From assembly GCA_034666965.1 (NCBI GenBank), contig JAXDKT010000190.1:1-53761 (forward strand): DNA of 53,761 bases. Reading direction: 5' to 3'. The translations under genes and the position numbers were made by a program. Under the pieces are notes generated by a model. That model ran no database searches. It had not been told where the DNA came from and was given only the letters and a program-made list of their open reading frames with translations. Source of the stretch: Chloroflexota bacterium (GTDB taxonomy: Bacteria; Chloroflexota; Limnocylindria; Limnocylindrales; CSP1-4). Within the stretch, counting starts at the first letter, position 1. Each line of letters begins with the position of its first letter. This document shows positions 19,299 to 28,129 of the stretch, in pieces.

Positions 19299-19879
19299 GC
19301 GAGCAGCGACCACCCCTGCACGGCGAGGTCCAGGAGCCCGGTTCCGACGGCCGGCCGGGCGCCTTCCGGTTCCATGCCCGGACCTGGACCTGGGACGACG
19401 AGGACGTACGCCGCGGGCTGCCCTGGATGGGCGTCTTCCTGGTGGTCTTCGGCGGGATCCTCCTCGTGGGACAGGCCTACCCGCAGGCCCATATCCTCGG
19501 CTCAGCTCTCACGACGGCGCTCGGGATCGCCCTGCTCGTGTCGTGGGCGACCGGTCGGGGCTGGGGCCTGTATCCCGGCCTGCTGATCACGGCCTACAGC
19601 CTGCCCGGACTGCTGATCGACCTCGCCGTGCTGCCGGCCGGCTCGGGCTACGGGACCTTCCTGTTCGGCGTCGGCCTGCTGGGCGTCGCCGCGATGCGCT
19701 ACGGCGCGCGGCGAACGTGGGGCTGGCAGCTGATCGTGGGCGGGATCCTGGCCCTGGCCGGCGGCAGCGAGATCGCCACCCGGCTGTGGCCGGGAATGCC
19801 GGCCCTCGGCGACCTGCTCGGTCCGCTGGTCCTGGTCCTGCTCGGGTTGCTGATCATCAGCCGCGCCGTCCGTCGCTGA
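19295..19879 (+). CDS. Integral membrane protein (about 6 TM)
   Basis: Hydrophobic helices; ATGA overlap with MMPL. Confidence 0.75.
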   Translation: MSEQRPPLHGEVQEPGSDGRPGAFRFHARTWTWDDEDVRRGLPWMGVFLVVFGGILLVGQAYPQAHILGSALTTALGIALLVSWATGRGWGLYPGLLITAYSLPGLLIDLAVLPAGSGYGTFLFGVGLLGVAAMRYGARRTWGWQLIVGGILALAGGSEIATRLWPGMPALGDLLGPLVLVLLGLLIISRAVRR

Positions 19880-19900
19880 ACCGGGCCCGCTGCGCGTCCG

Positions 19901-21235
19901 TCAGCCGCGCCGATCGAGTGCCACATCCAAGGCGGCGGCCAGGCCTGCGGCGATCCGCGCCAGCTCGTCGTCGGTGACGACGAAGGGCGGGCCGAGCAGG
20001 ATCGCATCGCCATCGACGCCATTGGCCAGGCCCGTGCCGCTGTAGAACAGCAACCCGTCGGCCCGACCGGCGCGGAGGATGGCCTCGGTCAGCTGCTGCG
20101 AGCGGGGGAACGGCTCGCGGGTGCTTCGGTCGGCGACCAGCTCGACCCCGATCATCAGCCCCCGGCCGCGGATCTCACCCACGTTGGGGTGGTCGGCCAG
20201 GCGCTCGTCGAGCAGCTCGCGCAGGCGCGCGCCCTTCGCGGCGCTGGCCTCGATCAGGGATTCGGTCTCGAGGATGCGCAGCACCTCCCGAGCCACCGCG
20301 GCGCCGACAGGGTGATGGCTGTACGTGAAGCCGTGGACGAAGCCGGCGCCGGGCGCGGTGACCACGTCGTGGATCGCCCCGGACGCGGCCACGAACCCGA
20401 ACGGCCAGTAGCCGGATGAGGCGCCCTTGGCGGCAACCAGCAGATCGGGTCGGACGCCCCAGTGGTCCAACCCGAACCAGCGGCCGGTCCGGCCGAACCC
20501 GGTCATCACCTCGTCGGCGATGAGCAGGACACCGTGACGCCGGCAGACCTCGGCAATCGCCGGCCAGTAGCCATCCGGTGGCACCGCGGCGGCCAGCGTC
20601 GCGCCCACGATGGGCTCGGCGACGAAGGCCGCGACCGTCCCGGGCCCGGCCGCCTCGATGGCTCGGTCGAGCTCGGCGGCGAGCTCCTCGGCCGTCTCGA
20701 GCGCATTTGCGCCCGGGTCACCGGCACGGTACGGGTAGGCCGCGCTGAGATGACGGAACCGCCCCAGCCAGCCCTCGTACGGGCGCCGAAGCGGCTTCCG
20801 ACCGGACAGGTCGAGTGCGCCGATGGTGTTGCCGTGGTAGCTCCCCCAGCGAGTGAACACGACCAGCCGGTCCGCCTCCCCGCGGGCGAGGTGGTAGGCC
20901 CGGGCGAGCTTGAGCGCGGTCTCGATCGCCTCCGAGCCACCCGAGACCGGGTAGATCGCGGGGTCGTCGAGAGGCAGGTGCGGGCCGAGCTCGGTGGCAT
21001 ACGCCTCGAGGATCTCGCTCGTGAATGCGCTGCCGTGGGCATAGGCGATTCGCCCCGCCTGCTCGGCCATGGCCTCGCCGACCGAGCGCCGGCCATGGCC
21101 GACGTTGACCACGATCGCGCCGCCGGCCGCGTCCAGGTACGAGCGCCCCTGGGCGTCCCAGATCGTCGAGCCCTCGGCTCGCACGGCGACGGGCGGATCG
21201 GGGTCGAGGGAGCGACGGAAGACACGGCCGGTCAC
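19901..21235 (-). CDS. Class III PLP-dependent aminotransferase
   Basis: SGGSEA.E, SYHG.T, LLIADEVMTGFGRTG, AAKG, HGFTY. Confidence 0.93.
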   Translation of the reverse strand: MTGRVFRRSLDPDPPVAVRAEGSTIWDAQGRSYLDAAGGAIVVNVGHGRRSVGEAMAEQAGRIAYAHGSAFTSEILEAYATELGPHLPLDDPAIYPVSGGSEAIETALKLARAYHLARGEADRLVVFTRWGSYHGNTIGALDLSGRKPLRRPYEGWLGRFRHLSAAYPYRAGDPGANALETAEELAAELDRAIEAAGPGTVAAFVAEPIVGATLAAAVPPDGYWPAIAEVCRRHGVLLIADEVMTGFGRTGRWFGLDHWGVRPDLLVAAKGASSGYWPFGFVAASGAIHDVVTAPGAGFVHGFTYSHHPVGAAVAREVLRILETESLIEASAAKGARLRELLDERLADHPNVGEIRGRGLMIGVELVADRSTREPFPRSQQLTEAILRAGRADGLLFYSGTGLANGVDGDAILLGPPFVVTDDELARIAAGLAAALDVALDRRG

Positions 21236-21268
21236 CGGCCTATCGTAGGGGCGCCGGGGACCGCCGCG

Positions 21269-22120
21269 TCAGCGGGTCGAGGCCAGCGCCGGGACCCAGC
21301 CGGTTCGCCCGCCGAGCGTCATCGCCCGAAGCCACAGGCGGCCCGCGCCGTCCTTGCGTCGAGCCAGCACGACGAACCGGGTGCCCACCCGCAGCGAGCC
21401 GACGCTGGCGCCCGAGCGCGATGGACGGTCCCGCAGGAAGACGCTCCGGGTCGTATGCCGAAGCGTCCGCATGTGGGTCGCGACCTGGAGCTTCCAGGCC
21501 GGCCTGGCCAGGGTCGAGAGGTGGGTGTGGAGGTAGGCCGTGAACGGGGTGAGCATCGCCCGGACCCGATGGACCCGGACGCCCCGGATCAGGGCGCTGA
21601 TTGCCCGACCGTTGCCGATGTAGACGCCGATGTGGCTGCCGTTGCCCCACACGACCAGATCACCGATCCTGGGATCGTGGCGTGACGCCAGGCCGCGGGC
21701 GCGGTACGAGAGGTAGATCGACCGCGCGCTCTGGCTGGTGACCTTGCCGCCCAGACCGGCCTCCTTGAAGACCCGCCAGATCAGGCCGCTGCAATCGAAG
21801 CTGGCCGGGCCGGTTGCCGACGCGCGGTAGTGCGCCCGCAGATGGCTCCGGGCGAAGGCCACGACGATCGACGACGCCGGAACGGTGGCCGGCCGCGCCT
21901 GCGCGGCGGCGGGGAGGGTCGGGCTGTGGCTGGCCTCGGCGGCGGCGGCGCGCGTCCCCTGGCTGCCCCGGCCGGGCGCGAAGGTGACCGCGGCCAGGGC
22001 CGGGCCCGGGGCCGATGGGGGTGCTGCCATGACGGCGTCCGACGGGAGCGCGGTGAGGACGAGGGCGGCGGTCAGGGTCAGGGCGGCGACCGCCTGGGGC
22101 TGCGTGGGGATCCAGCTCAA
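21269..22120 (-). CDS. Secreted NlpC/P60 peptidoglycan endopeptidase with C-terminal SH3-like domain
   Basis: GPASFDCSGL, GDLV, HIGVYIGNG; signal peptide; C-terminal GRTGWV; RBS GAGAGGAG before TTG 22120. Confidence 0.85.
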   Translation of the reverse strand: MSWIPTQPQAVAALTLTAALVLTALPSDAVMAAPPSAPGPALAAVTFAPGRGSQGTRAAAAEASHSPTLPAAAQARPATVPASSIVVAFARSHLRAHYRASATGPASFDCSGLIWRVFKEAGLGGKVTSQSARSIYLSYRARGLASRHDPRIGDLVVWGNGSHIGVYIGNGRAISALIRGVRVHRVRAMLTPFTAYLHTHLSTLARPAWKLQVATHMRTLRHTTRSVFLRDRPSRSGASVGSLRVGTRFVVLARRKDGAGRLWLRAMTLGGRTGWVPALASTR

Positions 22121-22397
22121 TGGTGCTCCTCTCCACCAGGACATCGCGGCGGGCGCGATGGCGATGGGGTGAGCCGCACGACGGCCGGGGGAAACGAGCC
22201 ATGAGGACGCGGCAAGCGGGGCGTCGTCAGGCGAACTGACGGCGGCGCGACAACCCGAGGTCGGCCGTTCGGCGGCGATCTTCGGTTGTCGTATCCCGTT
22301 CGTTGGGTCTGAGGCTGAGCCCGAAGCATACCCGCGATCGGCGGAAATGGCGCGGGGCGCCCGCGCTCGATGGTGCGCCGCCGCACCATGTCTGGCT

Positions 22398-22423
22398 GGA
22401 ACCGAGTCCGGCCGGCTGGTGTA
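22398..22423 (+). promoter_or_regulatory. ECF promoter GGAACC-N14-GGTGTA (copy 1)
   Basis: Same motif and spacing recur at 24002-24027. Confidence 0.65.
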
Positions 22424-22504
22424 TGAAGGGCGCAAGGGAACCCGTGGGAGGGCCGTCCGACGGAGGAATCCGAGCTCATCGAACGCGCGCAGCGAGGCGA
22501 CGCG

Positions 22505-23038
22505 ATGGCCTACGAAGACCTGGTCCGGCGCCATCAGGACGCGGCGCTCCGAACGGCCTGCCTGGTGCTGGCGGGCGAGTCGGACGCCGAGGATGCGGTC
22601 CAGGATGCGTTCGTCAAGGCCTATTCAGCGTTGGGCCGGTTCCGGACGGGTGCACCCTTTCGGCCCTGGATCCTCCGGATCGTGGCCAACGAGGCGCGCA
22701 ATCGGCGACGCTCGGCCGGCCGGCGCGCCGGTCTGGCGCTTCGACTCGCTGAGGATCGCCCCTCGGGCGACGCGGCTCCGTCGCCCGAGGCGGCGGTCCT
22801 CGCCAGGGAACAACGTGGTGCCCTGCTCGGCGCGCTGGCGGGGTTGAGCGAGGACGACCGCCTGGTTCTCGGTTATCGCTACTTCATGGAGCTCGGTGAG
22901 GCCGAGATGGCCGTCGCGCTGGGCGTTCCCCGCGGCACGGTGAAGTCTCGCCTGTCACGGGCCCTCGGCCGACTGCGGCTCCAGGTCGGCGTCGAATCGC
23001 CGCTGGCGCGGATCGCCAGCGGAGGACGAGACCGATGA
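22505..23038 (+). CDS. ECF RNA polymerase sigma factor
   Basis: DAEDAVQDAFVKAY, FRPWILRIVANEARN, GTVKSRLSRA; sigma-like sequence extends upstream of the ATG (see findings). Confidence 0.92.
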   Translation: MAYEDLVRRHQDAALRTACLVLAGESDAEDAVQDAFVKAYSALGRFRTGAPFRPWILRIVANEARNRRRSAGRRAGLALRLAEDRPSGDAAPSPEAAVLAREQRGALLGALAGLSEDDRLVLGYRYFMELGEAEMAVALGVPRGTVKSRLSRALGRLRLQVGVESPLARIASGGRDR

Positions 23039-23958
23039 CCGAGCGCCCGAACAGCCCGATCAGCCCGATGTCCGACGCCGAGCTCGAAACCGCCCTGCTC
23101 GACCTTGGTCGGGAACTGGCCCCGATCCAGGCCCCCGATCTCGCGCTCAGCGTCCGGGTCCGGATCGAGCGCGGGGAGGCGGCCGCCCCCGCACGGCCGA
23201 CCTGGCCCAGGCCGTCAGCCTGGGCCGAGCGGCTCGGCCTGGGGATCGGCCGGCCATTCCGCCGGGGCCTGGTCCTGGCGCTCGCGGCGGTCCTGCTCAT
23301 CGGCGGCATCGCCGCAGCGATCGGGTTCGGCCTGCCGGGGCTGCGGGTCATCATCCTGGGGCCGGCCCCGAGCCCATCCGCCGTCGAGCCGAGTCAGAGC
23401 GCCGGATCGCCGCTGACGTCGCCCTCGCCGACTCCGGCCGCGACACCGCCGACGCTCGAGTCGCTCGACCTGGGCGACCCGGTCGAGCGGGCGACGGCCG
23501 CGGCCGCGGTCGGCTACGGCGTGAAGTTGCCCACCCTGCCGGAGCTCGGCCAGCCGCTCGGCATCTACGCCCGCGGCGATCCACCCACGGCTCGTCTGAG
23601 TGCGCTCTACGCTGCCAATCCGTCGTTCCCCGCGGGCGCCAACGCGCCGCTCGTCGCGGGTCGATCGGTTGCGATCATCGTCATGCAGTTCCCGGGTGCG
23701 ACCGAGGCGGGCTTCCTCAAGAAGATCCTCGAGCCGGGGACGACGATCCAGGACCAGATGGTCGCCGGTCACGAGGGGTTCTGGATCTCCGGCAAGCCGC
23801 ACGACCTGATCTATGTCGGCCCCGATGGCCAGGACGCGGACGACCGGATCCGGATCGTTGGCAACGTGCTGGCCTGGAACGACGGTGAGCTGACCTTCCG
23901 GATCGAGGGTGCTCAGGACCTCGCGGCGGCCCTCCGGATCGCCGCATCGATGCGCTAG
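23035..23958 (+). CDS. Putative anti-sigma factor (single TM, extracytoplasmic domain)
   Basis: ATGA overlap with the sigma gene; short cytoplasmic N-terminus, TM helix, P/S/T linker, C-terminal LAW..GELTFRIEG domain. Confidence 0.7.
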   Translation: MTERPNSPISPMSDAELETALLDLGRELAPIQAPDLALSVRVRIERGEAAAPARPTWPRPSAWAERLGLGIGRPFRRGLVLALAAVLLIGGIAAAIGFGLPGLRVIILGPAPSPSAVEPSQSAGSPLTSPSPTPAATPPTLESLDLGDPVERATAAAAVGYGVKLPTLPELGQPLGIYARGDPPTARLSALYAANPSFPAGANAPLVAGRSVAIIVMQFPGATEAGFLKKILEPGTTIQDQMVAGHEGFWISGKPHDLIYVGPDGQDADDRIRIVGNVLAWNDGELTFRIEGAQDLAAALRIAASMR

Positions 23959-24001
23959 ACAGCGGACCGCCACATCGCGGAGGGGCAACCGCAGGTCGAC
24001 G

Positions 24002-24027
24002 GGAACCGCAGGTGGCGGGGCGGTGTA
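24002..24027 (+). promoter_or_regulatory. ECF promoter GGAACC-N14-GGTGTA (copy 2)
   Basis: Matches 22398-22423. Confidence 0.65.
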
Positions 24028-24071
24028 GATGAGGCGGCAGGAGCAACCCGGTCCATCACGGAGTACCGACC

Positions 24072-25433
24072 ATGCGATCGACTCGAATCAGCCTCCTCGT
24101 GCTCACCGTCCTGGCCCTCGTGGTCGGCGCCTGCGCCGCCCGCACGGGCTCCAGCAGCGCGCCAGGTGGCGGCTCGGCTTCTGCGCCCGCGACCACCGCG
24201 GCGCCAACCTCCGAAGCGACCGGGGTCACCGCCAGCGCCCTGCCGCCGGCCTCGCCCGACGCCTGGCTGGCCGTCGGTCGGAAGGGGGTGGACGGTCTCG
24301 AGGTGATCCTCGCCAGCACCCGCGAGCACATGCTCAACCTGCCCGCGGGCGTCCCGACCGGGAACGACTGGGGGCGGATCTTCACGGCAACCTCGAATGA
24401 CGGCAAGACCACGGTCCGTGACGTCGCGATCGAGTCCGAACCGGGCGGACCCAAGGTCGTCATCGACGGGTCGTGGCGGCTGCCGACGATCGGCCCAGAC
24501 CCGGTGCCGGTGGGCCTGTCACTGGATGGCTCCACGCTGGTCCTGATGGAGGCCGACCGACCGACGGGCGCCGCGGCGGGGGCCACGACCCGGTTCGCGG
24601 TCCTGCACACCGTTCCGCTCGAGGGCCCGGCCCGGATCCTCACGCTCGAGGGGCGCTTCGACTATGACGCCCTGTCGCCGAATGGCTCGACGCTGTTCGT
24701 CGTCGAGCATCTCGACAGCGACACCGGCGGGCGATACCAGGTCCGGGCCGTGGACGTGGCCAGCGGTGCGCTCGACGAGGCCGTCATCGCCGACAAGCGC
24801 AACGTGGACGAGCAGATGGCCGGCTATCCGCTGGCCCAGGTCCGCCGGGGAGATGGCCTGGTCATGACCCTCTACCAGGGCCTCGAGCATCCCTTCATCC
24901 ACGCCTTGAACAGCATCGATCGCTGGGCGGTTTGCATCGACCTGCCGACCAGTGGCTCCGACGATGCGTCGGCGGCCACCGACTGGGGTCTGGCGCCGGC
25001 ACCCGACGGGTCTTCCGTCTATGCCGTCAATGCCACCCTCGGTCTGGTGGCCGAGGTCGACCCGGCCCAGCCCGGGCTGCGCCGCTCGGTGCGGGTCAAG
25101 CCGCTGGCGTCTGCCGGCATCGTTCTGGCCAAGTTCGCCCATCAGGCGAGCGGACCGGCGGGCCGGCGGGTGGTGGTCGGTCCCGACGGCAAGACGATCT
25201 ATGCCGCCGGCGCTGGCGGGATCATCGCCCTGGACGCCTCGACCCTGAAGGCAGCCAGGACCTACGCGGCCGGCTCGGCGGTCGACGCGCTGGCGGTGAC
25301 CCCGGACGGAGGCACCCTCTACGCCCTCCGTCACGACGGCCACATCGTCAAGCTCGACGCCGCGACCGGCGCGCTGCTGGGGACCGTTCCCGGGGAGGGC
25401 TTCGACCGCCTCGTTGCGGTCGTCCCATGGTGA
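24072..25433 (+). CDS. Lipoprotein with YncE-like beta-propeller
   Basis: Lipobox LVVGAC; repeated SPNG/PDG..LY blade motifs. Confidence 0.8.
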   Translation: MRSTRISLLVLTVLALVVGACAARTGSSSAPGGGSASAPATTAAPTSEATGVTASALPPASPDAWLAVGRKGVDGLEVILASTREHMLNLPAGVPTGNDWGRIFTATSNDGKTTVRDVAIESEPGGPKVVIDGSWRLPTIGPDPVPVGLSLDGSTLVLMEADRPTGAAAGATTRFAVLHTVPLEGPARILTLEGRFDYDALSPNGSTLFVVEHLDSDTGGRYQVRAVDVASGALDEAVIADKRNVDEQMAGYPLAQVRRGDGLVMTLYQGLEHPFIHALNSIDRWAVCIDLPTSGSDDASAATDWGLAPAPDGSSVYAVNATLGLVAEVDPAQPGLRRSVRVKPLASAGIVLAKFAHQASGPAGRRVVVGPDGKTIYAAGAGGIIALDASTLKAARTYAAGSAVDALAVTPDGGTLYALRHDGHIVKLDAATGALLGTVPGEGFDRLVAVVPW

Positions 25434-25448
25434 TGCGTCCGGGGCCTG

Positions 25449-25528
25449 CCTCGTCGGCCTCGCCGGACTCGTCGGACTCGTCGGCCTCGCCGGACTCGTC
25501 GGGCTCCTCGGACTAGTCGGCCTCGCCG
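25449..25528. repeat. Degenerate 9-bp tandem repeat (TCGTCGGAC / TCGCCGGAC / TCGTCGGCC) spanning the permease stop codon
   Basis: Read directly from the sequence. Confidence 0.85.
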
Positions 25529-26247
25529 ATCTCGTAGCCCTGGAGCCGACGGACGGCAATGAGCAGGGCGATCACCAGCGCGGCCACGGCCAGGGCCAGC
25601 GCGGTCGGGCCGGCCAGCCGCTCGCCGAGGGCGGCGCCGTCACCGCCGCTGATCGCATCGGCGACGCCGAGGGCATACTGCCGGATGCTGAACGTCCGGG
25701 TGCCCTCGAACAGGCCGGCCAGGACGCCTTCCCAGACCAGGATATACACGAGCCCGATGGCCAGCGCCCGTCCGGTCACGAGGCTGAGCGCCATGAAGAT
25801 GACGACGTACAGGATCGCCGCCACGGCCGCACCCGCGGTGTAGCCGAGCGCTGCCTGCATGCCGCCGGAGCCGGATCCCAGGATGGCCCCCGTGGCGAAG
25901 GCCGCCGGCGCCGTCACCGCAATGGCCAGGCCGGCTGCGACCGCGGCCTTGGCGGCCACGATCCGCCAGCGGGCGATCGGCTTCGTCAGCAGGTACACGG
26001 CGGTCCCGTCCTCGAGCTCGGAGCCGAGCGCCGCGGTCCCGAAGACCAGCCCGACCAGGGGCACGAGCGTGGAGATGACCAGCCGGTCGAGGATGACCGT
26101 GGCCACGGCGTCGAGATTGGAGGTCCGGCCCGAGACCCGGACCAGCACGGCGATGAGGATCGGCAGCCCTCCGAGGAGCGCGACGAGGAGCGTCCGACGT
26201 CGACCGGTCAGGGCCCGGAAGGTCAGCCTGGCGATCGTCGCGATCAT
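25513..26247 (-). CDS. ABC-2 type transporter permease
   Basis: ELEDGT..YLLTKPI.R..I...K motif; about 6 TM. Confidence 0.9.
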   Translation of the reverse strand: MIATIARLTFRALTGRRRTLLVALLGGLPILIAVLVRVSGRTSNLDAVATVILDRLVISTLVPLVGLVFGTAALGSELEDGTAVYLLTKPIARWRIVAAKAAVAAGLAIAVTAPAAFATGAILGSGSGGMQAALGYTAGAAVAAILYVVIFMALSLVTGRALAIGLVYILVWEGVLAGLFEGTRTFSIRQYALGVADAISGGDGAALGERLAGPTALALAVAALVIALLIAVRRLQGYEIGEAD

Positions 26248-27251
26248 CGCCGGACCAGGTAGCCGAAGACGCTCTCGAGATCCTCGTCGGTCGGGCGGAC
26301 CTCGAGCAGCGACAGGCCGCCGGCGCGCGCGATCCCGGCCAGCGCCCGGGTGAAGGCTCCGAAGTCGGAAGTCCGGACCGCCAGGCGGCTATCGGTCAGC
26401 TCGACCCCGTAGACCGCCGGGTGGCCGACCAGGCCCGCGGCCAGCCGCCGATCGTCGGAGGAGCGGATCGTGAAGGTGTGCGGCCGGTCGGTCATCAGCC
26501 GGCGGATCTCGCGGAAGTCGCCCGACGCCGCGAGCCGTCCGGCGACGATGACCAGGACCTCCTGGGCCAGCCGTTCGACCTCCTCGAGGATGTGCGAGCT
26601 GAACAGGATCGTCCGACCTTCGGCGGCCATCCGCCGCAGGAGCTGCATCATCTGCAGCCGCTGGCGCGGGTCCATCCCATTGAACGGCTCGTCGAGGAGC
26701 AGGATCGGCGGCTCGTGGACCAGGGCGCCGGCGATCTTCGCCCGCTGACGCATGCCCTTCGAATAGCCACCGATGGGGCGGTCCTGCGCGTCGCTCAGCT
26801 CGACGGTGGCGATCGCCCGGGCAGCCGCCGCGCCGGGGTCGGGCAACCCCTGCAGGCGGGCGTTGAGCACGGCGAACTCGCGGCCGGTCAGGAACGGGTA
26901 GACCGCCTCGCGCTCCGGGACGAGACCGATCCGCCGGTAGATCGCCGGGTCGCGCCAGGTGGGGACGCCGCCGATGACCACCCGGCCGGCCGATGGTCGG
27001 AGCAGTCCGGCCATGAGATGGAGCAGGGTCGACTTGCCGGCACCGTTGGGTCCGAGCAGGCCGGTGATCCCTGGTCGGAGCGCGAATGAGATGTCGTTGA
27101 CCGCGACCACGTTGCCGTACCAGCGTGAGACGTCCTGGAGCTCGACCGCGGCGGTGGGGTCGAGGGGTCTGACCGGGCGCGCACCCGGCCAGGCGGGGAC
27201 GCCCGGGGGCTCGGCCGGGGCGGCGCCGGTGGGCGTGGCGGGGACGGTCAC
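26244..27251 (-). CDS. ABC transporter ATP-binding protein
   Basis: GPNGAGKST, YSKGMRQR, LLLDEP, SSH; probable GTG start at 27251. Confidence 0.93.
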   Translation of the reverse strand: MTVPATPTGAAPAEPPGVPAWPGARPVRPLDPTAAVELQDVSRWYGNVVAVNDISFALRPGITGLLGPNGAGKSTLLHLMAGLLRPSAGRVVIGGVPTWRDPAIYRRIGLVPEREAVYPFLTGREFAVLNARLQGLPDPGAAAARAIATVELSDAQDRPIGGYSKGMRQRAKIAGALVHEPPILLLDEPFNGMDPRQRLQMMQLLRRMAAEGRTILFSSHILEEVERLAQEVLVIVAGRLAASGDFREIRRLMTDRPHTFTIRSSDDRRLAAGLVGHPAVYGVELTDSRLAVRTSDFGAFTRALAGIARAGGLSLLEVRPTDEDLESVFGYLVRR

Positions 27252-28129
27252 GCCGGGATCCGCTGGTATCGAGCGACGAGGGCCAGGGCCGACCCGACAC
27301 CGAGAGCCACCGCACCCGCCAGGAGAATGCCAGTCGGAATTCCGGCCACCGCGGCGGCGGTGCTCGCGTCGACCCCGAAGAACCAGGCGTTGACGCCGTC
27401 GAGGAGCGCGCCCACGTCGAGGAGGACCACCCACTGCGAGGCGGAGCCCAGGTCGAGCGCGATGACGATCGCGGCCACGATCCCGGGCACGATGAACGCC
27501 GCGAAGATCGCCGCGGTCGCGTACGCCCGACGCGGCGTGAGAGAGGCGGTGACCAGGGCCAGGGCCGAGGCGACGACGGCGATGACGGCGGACGAGCCGA
27601 GGATCACCGGCAGCGCGCCCAGCTCGGTGCCGATCGCGTCGGCCGTCTTGGTCGTCAGCAGGATCGAGCCGATGCCCATGACCAGGTGCGGGACGAGCAC
27701 GATCGCCAGGACGCCCAGGCTGAGTGCGATCAGCTTGCCCAGGGCGTAATCGGGCCGTCGCAGGGCACGGGAGAAGTACAGGGTCAGGACCCGGTAGCGC
27801 TGGTCACGCCCGAGCAGCTCGGGCGCCTGGGCAGCCACGAACAGGATCGGAAAGACCGAGATCGTCGCGTACAGGCCTTCGTGCCCGGGCACGAACAGGC
27901 TGCTGTCGAGGCCACCCCGGGCCGCCAGCGCGCGGACCGCAACGAGCAGAACCGCGATGACCGCGGGCATCCCAATGCAGATCGCGGGCAGGGTCTTGGC
28001 TCGTGCCCCGCGGCCGAGTCCGAGCACGCTCCGGAGCGAATGGCGCACCAGCGAGGTGACCGCGTGCCGGCGGCCAAGCCGAGGTCCGTCATAGCGTCGG
28101 TACCCGAGGTCGTAGATGCTGCCGGTCAT
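27248..28129 (-). CDS. ABC transporter permease
   Basis: LYFSRALRR.DY..GK motif; multi-TM. Confidence 0.88.
   Translation of the reverse strand: MTGSIYDLGYRRYDGPRLGRRHAVTSLVRHSLRSVLGLGRGARAKTLPAICIGMPAVIAVLLVAVRALAARGGLDSSLFVPGHEGLYATISVFPILFVAAQAPELLGRDQRYRVLTLYFSRALRRPDYALGKLIALSLGVLAIVLVPHLVMGIGSILLTTKTADAIGTELGALPVILGSSAVIAVVASALALVTASLTPRRAYATAAIFAAFIVPGIVAAIVIALDLGSASQWVVLLDVGALLDGVNAWFFGVDASTAAAVAGIPTGILLAGAVALGVGSALALVARYQRIPA

Noticed and set aside
22121-22330. c-di-AMP (ydaO) riboswitch upstream of NlpC/P60
   Set aside because: Only fragments resemble it (CGCCGAA, CCGTCAG); the other conserved segments and their order are missing, so it is kept only as an unclassified structured leader
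25449-25528. Repeat considered as a CRISPR array
   Set aside because: 9-bp tandem units with no unique spacers and no cas genes
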